DNA of 64,000 nucleotides, taken from an uncultured Rikenella sp. Lineage in GTDB: Bacteria > Bacteroidota > Bacteroidia > Bacteroidales > VadinHA17. The translations under genes were made by a program, and so were the position numbers. The notes under the pieces were generated by a model. That model did no database searches and was not told the origin of the DNA. It saw only the letters and a list, made by a program, of their open reading frames with translations. Each line of letters opens with the position of its first letter. Position 1 is the stretch's first letter. Positions 63,750 through 64,000 of the stretch are shown one piece after another. The stretch lies in the NCBI GenBank assembly GCA_964621005.1, contig CAZUIF010000014.1, forward strand, positions 12,457 through 76,456, given 5' to 3'.

Positions 63750-64000
63750 TCATCCCTTTGCTGCTTCAACCACATAAAGCTGCCCCTGTTCCTCCCTTCT
63801 TACAACTATTTCGGTTCCCCTGGAAATGAAGCCTGTCTCGGCAACTGCAGGGTAGACATCATCGCCTATAATAACCTTGCCTGAGGGGCGAAGCACAGTA
63901 TGGGCCACACCGCGGGCGCCGACCAGCGACTGCAGTTTGCCCGTGTCGAAGCTGACAAATCCGTCTGCCTTGTTCACCGAGGTCTCCAGTGCCAGGCTTC
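63750..64000 (-). CDS. NfeD-family protein, C-terminal OB-fold part (5' end beyond window)
   Basis: GVAHTVLRPSGKVIIGDDVYPAVAETGFISRGTEIVV. The frame stays open to nt 64000. Confidence 0.65.
   Translation of the reverse strand, partial: SLALETSVNKADGFVSFDTGKLQSLVGARGVAHTVLRPSGKVIIGDDVYPAVAETGFISRGTEIVVRREEQGQLYVVEAAKG

Overview
This 64-kb chromosomal segment looks like an anaerobic, peptide/amino-acid-fermenting member of Bacteroidota. Supporting cues are a GldF-GldG gene, a DUF3078 protein, a T9SS-type beta-sandwich, LpxB and several TAnnTTTG-type -7 promoter boxes. GC is judged by eye at roughly 50-55%, with one clearly AT-richer gene. I count about 56 densely packed protein genes, many with 4-nt ATGA overlaps. 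I found no rRNA, tRNA, CRISPR array, transposase or integrase. All domain calls rest on motif recognition in the supplied translations; no database search was possible.

Main blocks:
(i) 1-5.6 kb: an exopolysaccharide-type module with a HEAT-repeat protein, a processive GT2 synthase, a convergent secreted GH-A-like enzyme and a SiaC/DUF1987-like switch protein.
(ii) 12.0-30.6 kb: a large [FeFe]-hydrogenase locus. One operon encodes a thioredoxin-like [2Fe-2S] ferredoxin, a PAS-type sensory hydrogenase (HydS-like) and a PP2C phosphatase. The divergent operon runs hydC-hydB-hydA, a HydS-histidine kinase fusion, a receiver protein, a receiver-kinase hybrid, rex, a ribF-like gene, hydG and a tandem TM1266-type regulator. 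hydE lies nearby between two peptidase genes, and hydF is absent from the window.
(iii) 32.5-41.1 kb: an amino-acid fermentation module (ADP-forming acyl-CoA synthetase, aminotransferase, four-subunit 2-oxoacid:ferredoxin oxidoreductase), interrupted by an AT-rich Fic gene that carries paired palindromic operators.
(iv) Housekeeping genes: nadD, gmk, yicC, tnaA, pheT, surE, lpxB, dnaN and others, plus several peptidases.

The most unusual signals are:
- None of the three H-cluster-domain proteins keeps the canonical TSCCP proton-relay cysteine. The NuoE/NuoF-coupled M3-type HydA has SACPAW and also TPCTAMKFE (Met where CpI has Lys358).
- A candidate Rex operator sits in the divergent hydrogenase promoter.
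- The operon-embedded RibF-like gene has lost the riboflavin-kinase PTAN motif.
- A family of period-7 and period-8 short tandem or inverted repeats occupies many intergenic gaps.
- A 24-codon Trp-containing mini-ORF lies in the long tnaA leader.
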